A stretch of 43,792 nucleotides of DNA. Source: an uncultured Acidobacteriota bacterium. GTDB lineage: Bacteria > Acidobacteriota > Terriglobia > UBA7540 > JAPUME01. The translations under genes and the position numbers were made by a program. Numbering within the stretch: the first letter of the stretch is position 1; every line of letters begins with the position of its first letter. Of the stretch, positions 26,099 through 35,079 are shown piece after piece. The stretch lies in NCBI GenBank assembly GCA_964605715.1, contig CAZSDV010000003.1, forward strand, positions 19,175 through 62,966, given 5' to 3'. The notes under the pieces were generated by a model. It did no database searches. It saw nothing but the letters and a program-made list of their open reading frames with translations, and was not told where the DNA came from.

Positions 26099-26650
26099 CT
26101 ATTTCATCGTGGCAGGAATCGAGATTCTGCGCCATTCACCTCGCACGATAGCTTTCCGGATCTCTGTGGCTGATTTTCCTTTTCTGGTTAGCTGGTCTGC
26201 AAGGAGGACCTCCTTGATGCAGGTGAGTCACCCAGCTCCGTGATCGGAGGCGTAGCAATCCAGCAAGCTCCCATGACCATGTTGGTCACAATAGCAGTAG
26301 CAGGGTTGCTGTGCCAGAACCTCGGGTATGGCGCTAGCAATACGGTAAGCACGCGCGACAAGAGGTTGGCTTCGGAAATAGGAAGCTGGTACAAGACGCG
26401 GGAAGGGTTTTGCATTCTCCGGATCCTTGTGAAAGGGAGGGGAGGGGCGCATTGTAGGCGACTGGACTGCTGAGGTTGGTTGGCGTGCCGTTTCTGCGCC
26501 CGGCTGCATAGGGGCAGGGGCACGTAAGTTTTCGTTTCTTTTTAGTAATCCGTAGATTCCGAACCCAACCACTAGCAGGACCACAAAAACCCAACTTCGG
26601 TTTTTGGGTTTAGGTTGAGGTTGTTTTCTCTTTTTAATCCTCCGACTCAT
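26099..26650 (-). CDS. membrane-anchored PCYCGC-motif protein, predicted selenoprotein (TGA 26230..26228 read as Sec)
   Basis: ATG 26650 follows GAGGAG. One TM helix (WVFVVLLVVGFGIYGLL), then ...QQPCYCYCDQHGHGSLLDCYASDHGAG-TGA-LTCIKEV...KGKSATEIRKAI.... The frame stays open past the TGA for 42 codons to TAG 26101..26099, 21 nt before the copA ATG. If the TGA is a true stop, the CDS is 26228..26650. Confidence 0.65.
26200..26216 (-). promoter_or_regulatory. SECIS-like hairpin downstream of the in-frame TGA 26230..26228
   Basis: mRNA +15..+31 = CAAGGAG-GUC-CUCCUUG, a perfect 7-bp stem with apical loop G22 U23 C24. Confidence 0.5.
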
Positions 26651-26970
26651 GGCTTGCTCCTCTGTCCCTTTCCTAATGAAGGTAATCAAATGTAATTGGC
26701 TATTCGACGCCTCTTGCATGAAGGCTATGTTTCTTAGTGCCCTTTTCAGGGGATGAAGATTACAGGATATACCAAAAGTTTCGAATTGATGGAACTCAAA
26801 TACTTTTTGGATCTTTAATATAAGATTTAGACCTTGCGTTGCGCTCTGTGTTTGTTATCGAATGACCACGCAAGGGATTCTGTTGGTAGCTGAATCACAT
26901 CAAATCCCAGGTACACTGGTTCCGAGTGATCACCCATTTTTTACGGCCAGCAATAGGAGGGGAAACTATC

Positions 26971-29004
26971 ATGACCATGATTAAAGGTATTCTTTTTTTG
27001 GCTTTTATGAGTTTTTTTTTAGGAGGAGCAATGGTCCATGCTCAGAGCTCATCAGGGATTCCAGAAAAAGATATTCGCATTAAGGTCCGGGACTTGAATT
27101 CACCCTGTAAAATTCCTCAGTACGATTCACTGCAAGGATGGTTAAGTCGCATGGCCTCCCTTCGAAAACAGATCCTTGTTAGTGCCGGGCTTTGGCCTTT
27201 ACCTCCGAAGGCTCCTTTAAATTCAGAAATCTTTGGGCGCATAGACTACGAAGATTACAGCATAGAAAAGGTTTACTTTGAAAGCCATCCAGGGTTCTAT
27301 GTTACAGGAAATCTTTATAGGCCACTTGGGAAACAGGGACCGTTTCCTGCCATTCTATCTCCACATGGACATTGGCCATACGGGCGATTTGCAAGTCAGG
27401 TTCATGGTTCCGTGCCTGCACGCGCCGTTCATTTTGCTCGCCAAGGGGCAATAGTTTTTTCGTATGACATGGTCGGCTACAACGATAGCTTTCAGGTGAG
27501 CCATAGTTTTCGAGGTGCCGAAGAAGAGCTTTGGAGTGTGGGTCTGCTCGGGCTGCAATTGTGGAATAGCATTCGCGTCGTGGATTTCCTGCTCTCACTT
27601 CCTGAAGTGGATAAAAGTCGCCTCGCAGCCACAGGTGCGTCGGGCGGGGCAACGCAAACTTTTCTCCTAACGGCAATCGATGATCGAATTAAAGTTTCTG
27701 CCCCAGTCAATATGATTTCAGGTCACATGCAAGGGGGCTCTATTTGTGAAAATGCGCCAGGCTTGCGCATTGATACTTGCAATATCGAAATCGGTGCCAT
27801 GATGGCACCTCGTCCAATGCTTATGGTGTCAGCTACGGGAGATTGGACGACCGACACACCACGGATTGAGTATCCTGGCATACGGCACATCTACGAGCTC
27901 TATGGCAAGCAAGACAGGATTTCAAACGAGCACTTCCATGCCCCACACAACTACAATAAAGAGAGCCGCGAAGCTGTCTACGCTTGGTTTGATCGCTGGC
28001 TTCTGGGCCAGAATTTCGAGGAAGCAGTAAAGGAGAAAACATATCGACCTGACCGACCTTCGAAGCAGATGGTATTTTTCGGCAGAGCTTTACCTGAGGC
28101 CGCAAAAACTGAACAAGAGCTAGTGAAATACTTAATTCAATCTGCCCACCGACAGCTAGAATCCCTCAAACCGAAAAATGCCAAAGAAGTTGAAAGATTT
28201 CGCAGAGTTTTTGAGCCCTCACTCCGTTATGCGCTGATGGTAAAAGAGCCTGATTCCGCCCAGGTCTTAGTTGAGAATAAAGCGGTTACATCTCTGGGAG
28301 AGGTTACCCAGGAAGATTTACTACTGAGCTATCGTGGTAGCCGGATTTCTGCCGTGTTGTGGCACCAAGGTGGGGTACGCAGTAGGCCAGCGGCCTTGCT
28401 CGTTCACCCACAGGGTACTTCTGCTTTTATTGAGATGACCACGAATCAACCGGGTACATTAGTAAAAAACCTACTGCGTAGAAAATTTTCTGTTTTGACG
28501 ATCGATACTTTTAAGCCTCTTCCAATTCCGGCTGACGGCTACATTGAGGAACGAGGAAAATTTTTCTCGACTTACAATCGCTCTGATGACGCCAAACGAA
28601 TTCAGGATATTTTAACTGCCCTCGTTTACCTCGAGGGACGAAGGGGAATTTCAGGTGTTAATTTGGTGGGAGTGGAAAGAGGGGGACTCCTGTGTCTGTT
28701 GGCGCGCGGGCTAACATCGAAAGTAAAAGTTCTTGTGGCTGACGCTCAACAGTTCAATATTGATGATGATCAACGCTACCTGCGAGACCTTTCCTTGCCT
28801 GGGATCAGACGGGCAGGTGATTTTCGCACGGCCGTTACCCTCTCATCACCAGGAAGGCTACTTCTCCATAACACGGGCGGAAGTTCTTTGGTGCCCTGGG
28901 CTCAAGATGTTTATAAGGCGACAGGCTTTCAAAATAATCTTGAAGTTCTTGACGGTAAAGTTTCAGAAAAGGATTTGGTTCGCTGGCTGCAGTCCCTTAG
29001 GTGA
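26971..29004 (+). CDS. secreted alpha/beta hydrolase (acetyl-xylan-esterase / dienelactone-hydrolase-like) with a long C-terminal extension
   Basis: ATG 26971 follows AGGAGG. Signal peptide MTMIKGILFLAFMSFFLGGAMVHAQ and nucleophile elbow GASGG (ATGASGGATQTF). I could not assign the C-terminal ~300 aa. Confidence 0.75.
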   Translation: MTMIKGILFLAFMSFFLGGAMVHAQSSSGIPEKDIRIKVRDLNSPCKIPQYDSLQGWLSRMASLRKQILVSAGLWPLPPKAPLNSEIFGRIDYEDYSIEKVYFESHPGFYVTGNLYRPLGKQGPFPAILSPHGHWPYGRFASQVHGSVPARAVHFARQGAIVFSYDMVGYNDSFQVSHSFRGAEEELWSVGLLGLQLWNSIRVVDFLLSLPEVDKSRLAATGASGGATQTFLLTAIDDRIKVSAPVNMISGHMQGGSICENAPGLRIDTCNIEIGAMMAPRPMLMVSATGDWTTDTPRIEYPGIRHIYELYGKQDRISNEHFHAPHNYNKESREAVYAWFDRWLLGQNFEEAVKEKTYRPDRPSKQMVFFGRALPEAAKTEQELVKYLIQSAHRQLESLKPKNAKEVERFRRVFEPSLRYALMVKEPDSAQVLVENKAVTSLGEVTQEDLLLSYRGSRISAVLWHQGGVRSRPAALLVHPQGTSAFIEMTTNQPGTLVKNLLRRKFSVLTIDTFKPLPIPADGYIEERGKFFSTYNRSDDAKRIQDILTALVYLEGRRGISGVNLVGVERGGLLCLLARGLTSKVKVLVADAQQFNIDDDQRYLRDLSLPGIRRAGDFRTAVTLSSPGRLLLHNTGGSSLVPWAQDVYKATGFQNNLEVLDGKVSEKDLVRWLQSLR

Positions 29005-29287
29005 TCGGACTCTTAGAGTTAGATTTTAATAAGTGGATTGCTGAGATGTGCCTATAAGGAGGAGGGTGTCAGCGATGAACTTAAATAGGCGGATTAGCCA
29101 ACCATGTCATAAAAGAGGGTCCGCTCTATATCTAATGGGCTTCGTCGCGGAGCTGACTCCCGATTAGGGAGCAGGGTCCACCTCTACTTTAAGGGACTAT
29201 CTTTTTTGCGAGGAAGAATACAGGAGGATGAGAGTACTTGACCGCGGAAGTCAAGTTCCAATTAGGATGTCATTCTCCCCAAGCAGT

Positions 29288-29617
29288 TTATTTTTTCAGA
29301 GTACGTATGTGACCAACAATGGCCTTGAGTTCCTCATCGCTGATCTTAGTTGCAGGAAATGCGGGCATTGGGGGTTTGCCTGCCCGGGTGAATTCCGAAA
29401 TGTGTTTGTCGGAGTGGCTTTCCTGCCATTTAGCGTCACTCATATCCGGAGTCTTCATTGCTGCAAAACCCTTACCGTCAATTCCGTGACACATGGAGCA
29501 GTTTCTCTTGAATAAATCTTCGCCGTCGTTCGCTGATGTGGGAGTACTTGCGACGCAAAGGAGGAAAATTCCCAAAAAAATCGTTGCACGTGTAAGTGCA
29601 TTCCAGCTAGTTTCCAT
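29288..29617 (-). CDS. monoheme class I c-type cytochrome, secreted
   Basis: 109 aa with a signal peptide, CSMCHG, and a distal PMPAF (Met ligand region). Confidence 0.85.
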   Translation of the reverse strand: METSWNALTRATIFLGIFLLCVASTPTSANDGEDLFKRNCSMCHGIDGKGFAAMKTPDMSDAKWQESHSDKHISEFTRAGKPPMPAFPATKISDEELKAIVGHIRTLKK

Positions 29618-29840
29618 CGATGACTCCTCGGGCTTTTTGTTAATTTGTTGTACAGGAGCTTCACTTGCAATTGCTTTTTAAAATGAATGAATGTTACGCA
29701 GAAACAAACCAGGAACATGTTAGCTGTATGAATCACTAAAATCAACGCCTCCCTAGGTTTTCATTGCAATAAATCGCAACTCTTTTAGGGGGCGGGGTGT
29801 TTGAGCGCTTCGCACAACTAATTTAGAAAAGGAAGGATTT

Positions 29841-30569
29841 ATGGCAACAGAATTGAGAGGTAAAGTTGCAGTTGTTACAGGCGGGTCTCGTGGTATTGGG
29901 TTTGCGGTTGCGGACCGCTTAGCTACGGAAGGAGTAAATGTGGTTGTCTGCGCCCGTAATTCTGAAAGGCTAAATCAGGCTGTTCAGCAGCTCACCCAGC
30001 GACACGCTCATTTGGTTCGCGGTTTGGTAGCTGATGTCCGCCGCTTTGAGGATTGTCGCCGAATAATGGAGCATGCAGCGGAGATATTTGGGGGCATAGA
30101 TATCTTGGTGAATAATGCAGGCATTGGTTTTTTCAAACCTGTGGATCAGATTAACCCTGAAGAGTGGGATGAATTGTTGGCAACCAACCTAAGTGGAGTT
30201 TTTTATTGTGTTCACGAAGTTGTGCCCTGGATGCGCAAACGCGGCGGGGGGTATATTTTCAATATCTCAAGTCTTGCTGGAGTGAATCCTTTCAAAGGGG
30301 GGGCAGCCTACAATGCCTCGAAATTCGGGTTGAACGGTTTCAGCGAAGCTGCGATGCAAGACCTGCGCTATGACGGGATTCGTGTCAGTTATATCATGCC
30401 TGGGAGTGTTGATACGGACTTTACTCACCACCCTTCCTCTAGGCCACGTTCAAATTGGAAGCTTTCGAGTGAAGATATCGCCAAGGCTGTCGTAGACTTA
30501 GCTGCTTATCCTAGCGGCTCTCTCGCAAGCCGTATCGAGCTGCGCCCGTCACAGCCGCCAAAAAAATAG
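29841..30569 (+). CDS. SDR family oxidoreductase (classical short-chain dehydrogenase)
   Basis: TGGSRGIG, NNAG, and S...YNASK catalytic motifs. 242 aa. Confidence 0.9.
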   Translation: MATELRGKVAVVTGGSRGIGFAVADRLATEGVNVVVCARNSERLNQAVQQLTQRHAHLVRGLVADVRRFEDCRRIMEHAAEIFGGIDILVNNAGIGFFKPVDQINPEEWDELLATNLSGVFYCVHEVVPWMRKRGGGYIFNISSLAGVNPFKGGAAYNASKFGLNGFSEAAMQDLRYDGIRVSYIMPGSVDTDFTHHPSSRPRSNWKLSSEDIAKAVVDLAAYPSGSLASRIELRPSQPPKK

Positions 30570-30780
30570 AGAGGAAAAAGATTGATGACTCATTGAAATT
30601 TCTGATAACTAATCTACTTCAGGTTTCCTGTCCGCCAGAAATGAAAAATGTTGATTTAAAACGACTGTATACAGGGGCTGCAACCTGGGGTATGTTGGCT
30701 CGTCAATTCTTCACATCTAGTCAGGTGGTATCGAAGCCCGACTTAACGTTTTAGGATCTGCGGCCTGATCTGAGTATAAA

Positions 30781-31380
30781 ATGATTACCGGTAAGATTGG
30801 GGAGGCTGGCCAGTTTATGCACACCTGGGTTGTGCGAGGGTTGGTGTCGACACGCTTAAGCCCAAATGTTTTTACCTTCCTTGGATTTTGTATCAATGTT
30901 TATGCTGCCTTCTTGTTTGCTGATGGGTATTTTTTCCGCGGTGCTCTGATTGTGATTTTGGCAGGTGTGTTTGACCTGTGTGACGGACCTGTGGCTCGTG
31001 CCACAAACCAAGTTACTGCTTTCGGAGCGTTCTTTGATTCAGTGATAGATCGTTATTCTGACATGGCACTTTATATTGGGATTCTTGTTTATTACGTACG
31101 TGCTGGCTCAATGCTTTATGTTGGCCTTACGGCCTTAGTGGTGGCTGGCTCGTTGATGACTAGCTATACCAGGGCGAAGTCAGAATCTATAATTCCTTCT
31201 TGCAAGGTGGGATTTCTCGAGCGCGCCGAACGTATTGTTTTAATCATCATTGGCGGTCTATTTAATCATATGGGTCCCGTGCTTTGGGTAATTGCCATTT
31301 TTTCGAATCTTGCAGTTATTCACCGCTGCCTTTATACCTGGCAGCAGCTCCGTGGGCTCAACTCTAAAATGTCCAGATAG
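30781..31380 (+). CDS. CDP-alcohol phosphatidyltransferase family protein
   Basis: DLCDGPVARATNQVTAFGAFFDSVIDRYSD matches D-x2-DG-x2-AR-x8-G-x3-D-x3-D. Multi-TM, 199 aa. Confidence 0.88.
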   Translation: MITGKIGEAGQFMHTWVVRGLVSTRLSPNVFTFLGFCINVYAAFLFADGYFFRGALIVILAGVFDLCDGPVARATNQVTAFGAFFDSVIDRYSDMALYIGILVYYVRAGSMLYVGLTALVVAGSLMTSYTRAKSESIIPSCKVGFLERAERIVLIIIGGLFNHMGPVLWVIAIFSNLAVIHRCLYTWQQLRGLNSKMSR

Positions 31381-31409
31381 CCGTTTTTGTTAATCAACTG
31401 TTTGAATGG

Positions 31410-32372
31410 TTAATGATTTAGCAGCCTGCTTGCTTGAGGGACTATTACGGAAAGCCGCTGAGGAAATAGGGTAATCTCCAGTGGAAGCATGCCCAGTGGT
31501 TCACCATCAACTTCTATCCTGGTAGGTTCATTAGCCTCTGCCGCAATTTTGCTTCCTTGAAGGTGATGAACTTTCGGGTGGCGGTACACATTGTCGGAGT
31601 AGAGGATTGAATGGTCCCGGACTAAATTGTAGAAGTTCAGGAAATCGATGACCGTGACTTCTAACACACCATCGTTCAGGAGTGCTGTTGGGCATGGTTG
31701 CATTCCTCCTCCATGGAACCTTCCGTTGCCAACTGCAACATTGGAAACAAAGAATGGTAGGGGTTCGGAGGAGCCGTTTAATCGTAGGCGTACAGAGCGC
31801 CCTCGATAGCCGAGGAAAACGCGAAGTGTTGCCCATTTGAAGGCGAGGGCACCACTGAAGCGAGAGAGGAAATTCTTTGAAGCTTCAGCGACTGCTCCTC
31901 CCATGCCGAAGCTCACAAGATTGATGAAAATACGACTCTGATGCTTCCTCTGATGGTCAGTGTAAACTATTTTTCCAAGATCAATCGGAAGCGGAGTGCC
32001 AGTTTTTAGGACTTCGATCATTTCTTCGATGTTTGAGGATATCCCCAGCGTTCTTCTGAAATCACCGCCCGTTCCTAAATTTAGCAATCCTAGGCAAGCG
32101 CTGGGTCGCACAGGCTTATCAGCGGTGAAGAAACCGTTAGCAATTTCATTAATGGTGCCGTCGCCTCCAGCAGCGATTATGCGCTCAAATCCTTTTTCGA
32201 GTAACTCCCGAGCTAGCACGATGCCATGTCCTGGACACTTGGTGAATTGTGTAACGAACGGGCCCAGGTGATATTTCAGTGTCTGTTGAATATGCGACCA
32301 ATTGCGGGCTGCCTTCCCACCTCCTGAGCAGGGATTTACAATAACTGCTGTTTTTTTTGTTTCGTTAGTCAC
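31410..32372 (-). CDS. diacylglycerol-kinase-like lipid kinase (YegS/BmrU/LCB5 family)
   Basis: GTG start. AVIVNPCSGGGKA and IIAAGGDGTINEIANG are hallmarks of the DAGK catalytic domain. 320 aa. Confidence 0.88.
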   Translation of the reverse strand: MTNETKKTAVIVNPCSGGGKAARNWSHIQQTLKYHLGPFVTQFTKCPGHGIVLARELLEKGFERIIAAGGDGTINEIANGFFTADKPVRPSACLGLLNLGTGGDFRRTLGISSNIEEMIEVLKTGTPLPIDLGKIVYTDHQRKHQSRIFINLVSFGMGGAVAEASKNFLSRFSGALAFKWATLRVFLGYRGRSVRLRLNGSSEPLPFFVSNVAVGNGRFHGGGMQPCPTALLNDGVLEVTVIDFLNFYNLVRDHSILYSDNVYRHPKVHHLQGSKIAAEANEPTRIEVDGEPLGMLPLEITLFPQRLSVIVPQASRLLNH

Positions 32373-32388
32373 AAGATTAGGAAACTTA

Positions 32389-33381
32389 TCAGTTTTTTCC
32401 GAGCCGTTCTTGAAGATCCACTACCGTATCCCTCAGTGTTTCCATGGGGTGGCGGCTTTTAAAACCTAGTTCAGTTTGTGCCTTTTGAGAGTTGCAATAC
32501 CAGAATAGCGCTGACATCCTGATGGACTCCTCGTCCAGCTCAAAAGACTTCCCAATCAGAGGGTATAATCGTCGCAACCATCGTGCGGTTACAAGGGAGA
32601 AGCCCAATGAAGGTTGCAGTTTCGGTGCCCTGAGGCCGGAGATTTCTGAAACTGCCCTGATTAATTTTTGGAAAGTCCAGTTTGGCCCCGCAAGAATGTA
32701 GCGTTCACCACAGCTTCCAGACTGCATGGCGGTGATCAATCCACCAGCGACATCACGGACGTCAACGAAGTTCAATCCCCCACGTGGGATGGCAAGAATT
32801 TGCCCTTTCAAGAATAGCGCTACGTCCCGGGTTGAGGAGTTTCGATCATCACCAGGTCCAAGCAAGAGGCTGGGATTCACAAGCACAACCGGTATTTGGA
32901 AGCGCTTCCAGTAGCTGAGGGTTAGTTTTTCAGCAAAGATCTTGCTCAGATAGTAAGGCCATTTTCCTACAACCTCGTGCTTGTAGCCAGAAGTCTCATT
33001 GTGGAGGACAGGGTTTGGGCTGACGGCCACCGTTCCCGATGAGGAGACGACAACCATTTTTTTAATATTGTGTTTTCGGGCTGCTTCGCACACATTCCGG
33101 GTGCCTTCGATATGGGTTTTGTAAAGGATTCCGTTGTCCTTGGGTTTACGCAAAACCATTCCGGCTAGGTGATATATTTCTTGTACGCCCTCAGCGGCCC
33201 GAAGTACATCTGGAAGCGATGTAATATTGGCACGAACCACTTCGATTTCAGAATTATTGTTCCAGTGCGACAGTCCTCGACAGAATATCCGCAGGCGAGC
33301 AAGCTTATCTTTCTCCTTCAGTTGTTCCACCAGATGTTTTCCCAGGAAGCCTGTGGCTCCAGTTATAAGTATGGTCTTCAT
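32389..33381 (-). CDS. NAD-dependent epimerase/dehydratase (extended SDR, HpnA / 3-beta-HSD-like)
   Basis: ILITGATGFLGKHLV Rossmann motif and YYLSK (YxxxK). 330 aa. Confidence 0.88.
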   Translation of the reverse strand: MKTILITGATGFLGKHLVEQLKEKDKLARLRIFCRGLSHWNNNSEIEVVRANITSLPDVLRAAEGVQEIYHLAGMVLRKPKDNGILYKTHIEGTRNVCEAARKHNIKKMVVVSSSGTVAVSPNPVLHNETSGYKHEVVGKWPYYLSKIFAEKLTLSYWKRFQIPVVLVNPSLLLGPGDDRNSSTRDVALFLKGQILAIPRGGLNFVDVRDVAGGLITAMQSGSCGERYILAGPNWTFQKLIRAVSEISGLRAPKLQPSLGFSLVTARWLRRLYPLIGKSFELDEESIRMSALFWYCNSQKAQTELGFKSRHPMETLRDTVVDLQERLGKN

Positions 33382-33387
33382 GAGAAC

Positions 33388-35079
33388 TCAGTTGTCCTCC
33401 GGGGAAGGAAGGACATCGGCCATGCCGATTGGTGGGATGTGCATAAGCGTGATACTCGGTTTTCTTCTTAAAAAAGATTGGGCCATCCCTAGAGCCTCTT
33501 CCATATTTCGGGCACAGTCCCATCCTAAGGTCCTTGCAACGCTAGAATCTTCTGCTCCAACGACGATAACTTTTCCTACATGTGCACGGCCATTTTCTCC
33601 CCAATACCACATGTAAAAAGGGTGCACACCATGGTAGGCGTTGCCGGTGCGGTACATGCGGATGTAATCGGGGTTATGTGCAAATTCCTCTTCGTAGTTC
33701 CTCTGTAGTTCAAAGGAGTCACGCGTCTCAGGCAGGATACGGTGAAAAAACTCAATATAAGAGGGGTGATGCTGTGGATCGAACTCATCATACAGTGGAT
33801 GGGTAAGAATCATCACGCCATTCTTTTTCACCACTGGCATATTTCTGTACATGTTGTGGAAGTACCCCAGTGCCAATACTTGCACGAGCACTGGATTCAA
33901 GATTGAGTTGACGTTGTACGGTGAAATAAATGGGATGCCATATACGACCACATCAGATTGCCCTTCTACGGGCACGCAGTACTGCGCGTAGCAATAGGCT
34001 AGAGTTTTTTGGTGTGTCTGATTTGTTGCTCCGGCATGGATAGCGATTGGCTCATAGGCAGCAGGAAAACTAAAGAGCAGTTTTCTTTTAGCGGAGCGTG
34101 AGAGCTTTTTTAGTATCCATTGCGTTGTCTTAAAGGATGCGCGATCGAAGGCTGAATAATCGTCCTCATTTTTTGCAAAAAATGACATTTTCGGGTGGAA
34201 CATTGCATTGTTGAGAGCCGTTTCGATGTGAAATACCTTCAGGTGTTGATTGATGACTTCCTGGATACGGTCGCAGGATGCAGTAAGCGCAGATTGGGAA
34301 GGGTCAAAATAGGAATTACACTTTAGGATGGTGCCCGGGGTATGGTGCGCCTGTAGAGTGGGGTAATCGCACAGCCCTACGCTAACGGATTTACTTCCAC
34401 CATCCATGGAAACTAGGTTTATGTTGACATAAATCAATAGATCAGATTCGGCTGCACGCCGATTGATGCGTACTCGCTCGCCGTTTTCAGTAGTGCCGAG
34501 CTCAACCATGCCGTTAGGTGCCTCACCGTCATGGTTGTAGAGACGATTCGGATAGAATTCCCGGAATATTTTTCTTCCCACCGCATGTTGGATTTCAAAT
34601 GGTGCCATCTTCCGGTGAAATGAAGTGGCGATAATAATGTGAATATCTTCGATATTTTTTTCGGTCAATAACCTCAGCAGGATGTTTAGGATTGTTTCAC
34701 GCACGTCAGGTTGTGGCATCTTTGGAAGAGGAAGGGAAATGTCGTCGATAGCGATTGTTACCTTCATGCCTGGTGTGAGCGAAGCTGCCAGCGGGTCCAT
34801 TTCTTCCGGATGGTCAATGGCATATTCGACAGCGGAGTCACGATTTAGAAGTCCTGGAATTGTGGGCTTAGGATAGACTACGCGCGTTCCGGCAGGCATT
34901 TTCACGTCGGTAAGATCCTCGCCGTTCCACAAAAGACGCGATGAGGAATTGCGGGTTAGGTGTTCTACGCAACCACTATCTGATACTAGTGCGTTTCGCC
35001 CCACTGCGTTAGGCGTCGGATCAAGAGATTCCAATATTTCAGTTCCCGCGGGAAAAATCACATTACTGGTTGCTGGCAT
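33388..35079 (-). CDS. LarA-like (lactate racemase N-terminal domain / DUF2088) protein, divergent, 563 aa
   Basis: VTIAIDDISLPLP, IIIATSFHRKM and ESDLLIYVN...GGSKSVSVGLCDYPTLQAHH are collinear with the LarA segments ISSDHTRPVP, VATGFHRPS and GGRKS...(16)...H as I recall them. ATG 35079 follows GGAAGGGGAG. Confidence 0.75.
   Translation of the reverse strand: MPATSNVIFPAGTEILESLDPTPNAVGRNALVSDSGCVEHLTRNSSSRLLWNGEDLTDVKMPAGTRVVYPKPTIPGLLNRDSAVEYAIDHPEEMDPLAASLTPGMKVTIAIDDISLPLPKMPQPDVRETILNILLRLLTEKNIEDIHIIIATSFHRKMAPFEIQHAVGRKIFREFYPNRLYNHDGEAPNGMVELGTTENGERVRINRRAAESDLLIYVNINLVSMDGGSKSVSVGLCDYPTLQAHHTPGTILKCNSYFDPSQSALTASCDRIQEVINQHLKVFHIETALNNAMFHPKMSFFAKNEDDYSAFDRASFKTTQWILKKLSRSAKRKLLFSFPAAYEPIAIHAGATNQTHQKTLAYCYAQYCVPVEGQSDVVVYGIPFISPYNVNSILNPVLVQVLALGYFHNMYRNMPVVKKNGVMILTHPLYDEFDPQHHPSYIEFFHRILPETRDSFELQRNYEEEFAHNPDYIRMYRTGNAYHGVHPFYMWYWGENGRAHVGKVIVVGAEDSSVARTLGWDCARNMEEALGMAQSFLRRKPSITLMHIPPIGMADVLPSPEDN

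Noticed and set aside
26188-26523. A 111-aa minus-strand ORF in a different frame that covers the region after the TGA of the PCYCGC gene
   Set aside because: It has no recognisable motifs and overlaps the motif-bearing frame. The frame continuing through the TGA gives the family-like CxxC/GKS..EI tail instead.
29236-29256. Hairpin ACTTGAC-CGCGGAA-GTCAAGT downstream of the cytochrome c gene as a terminator
   Set aside because: There is no U-tract on either strand, so it cannot be called an intrinsic terminator from sequence alone.
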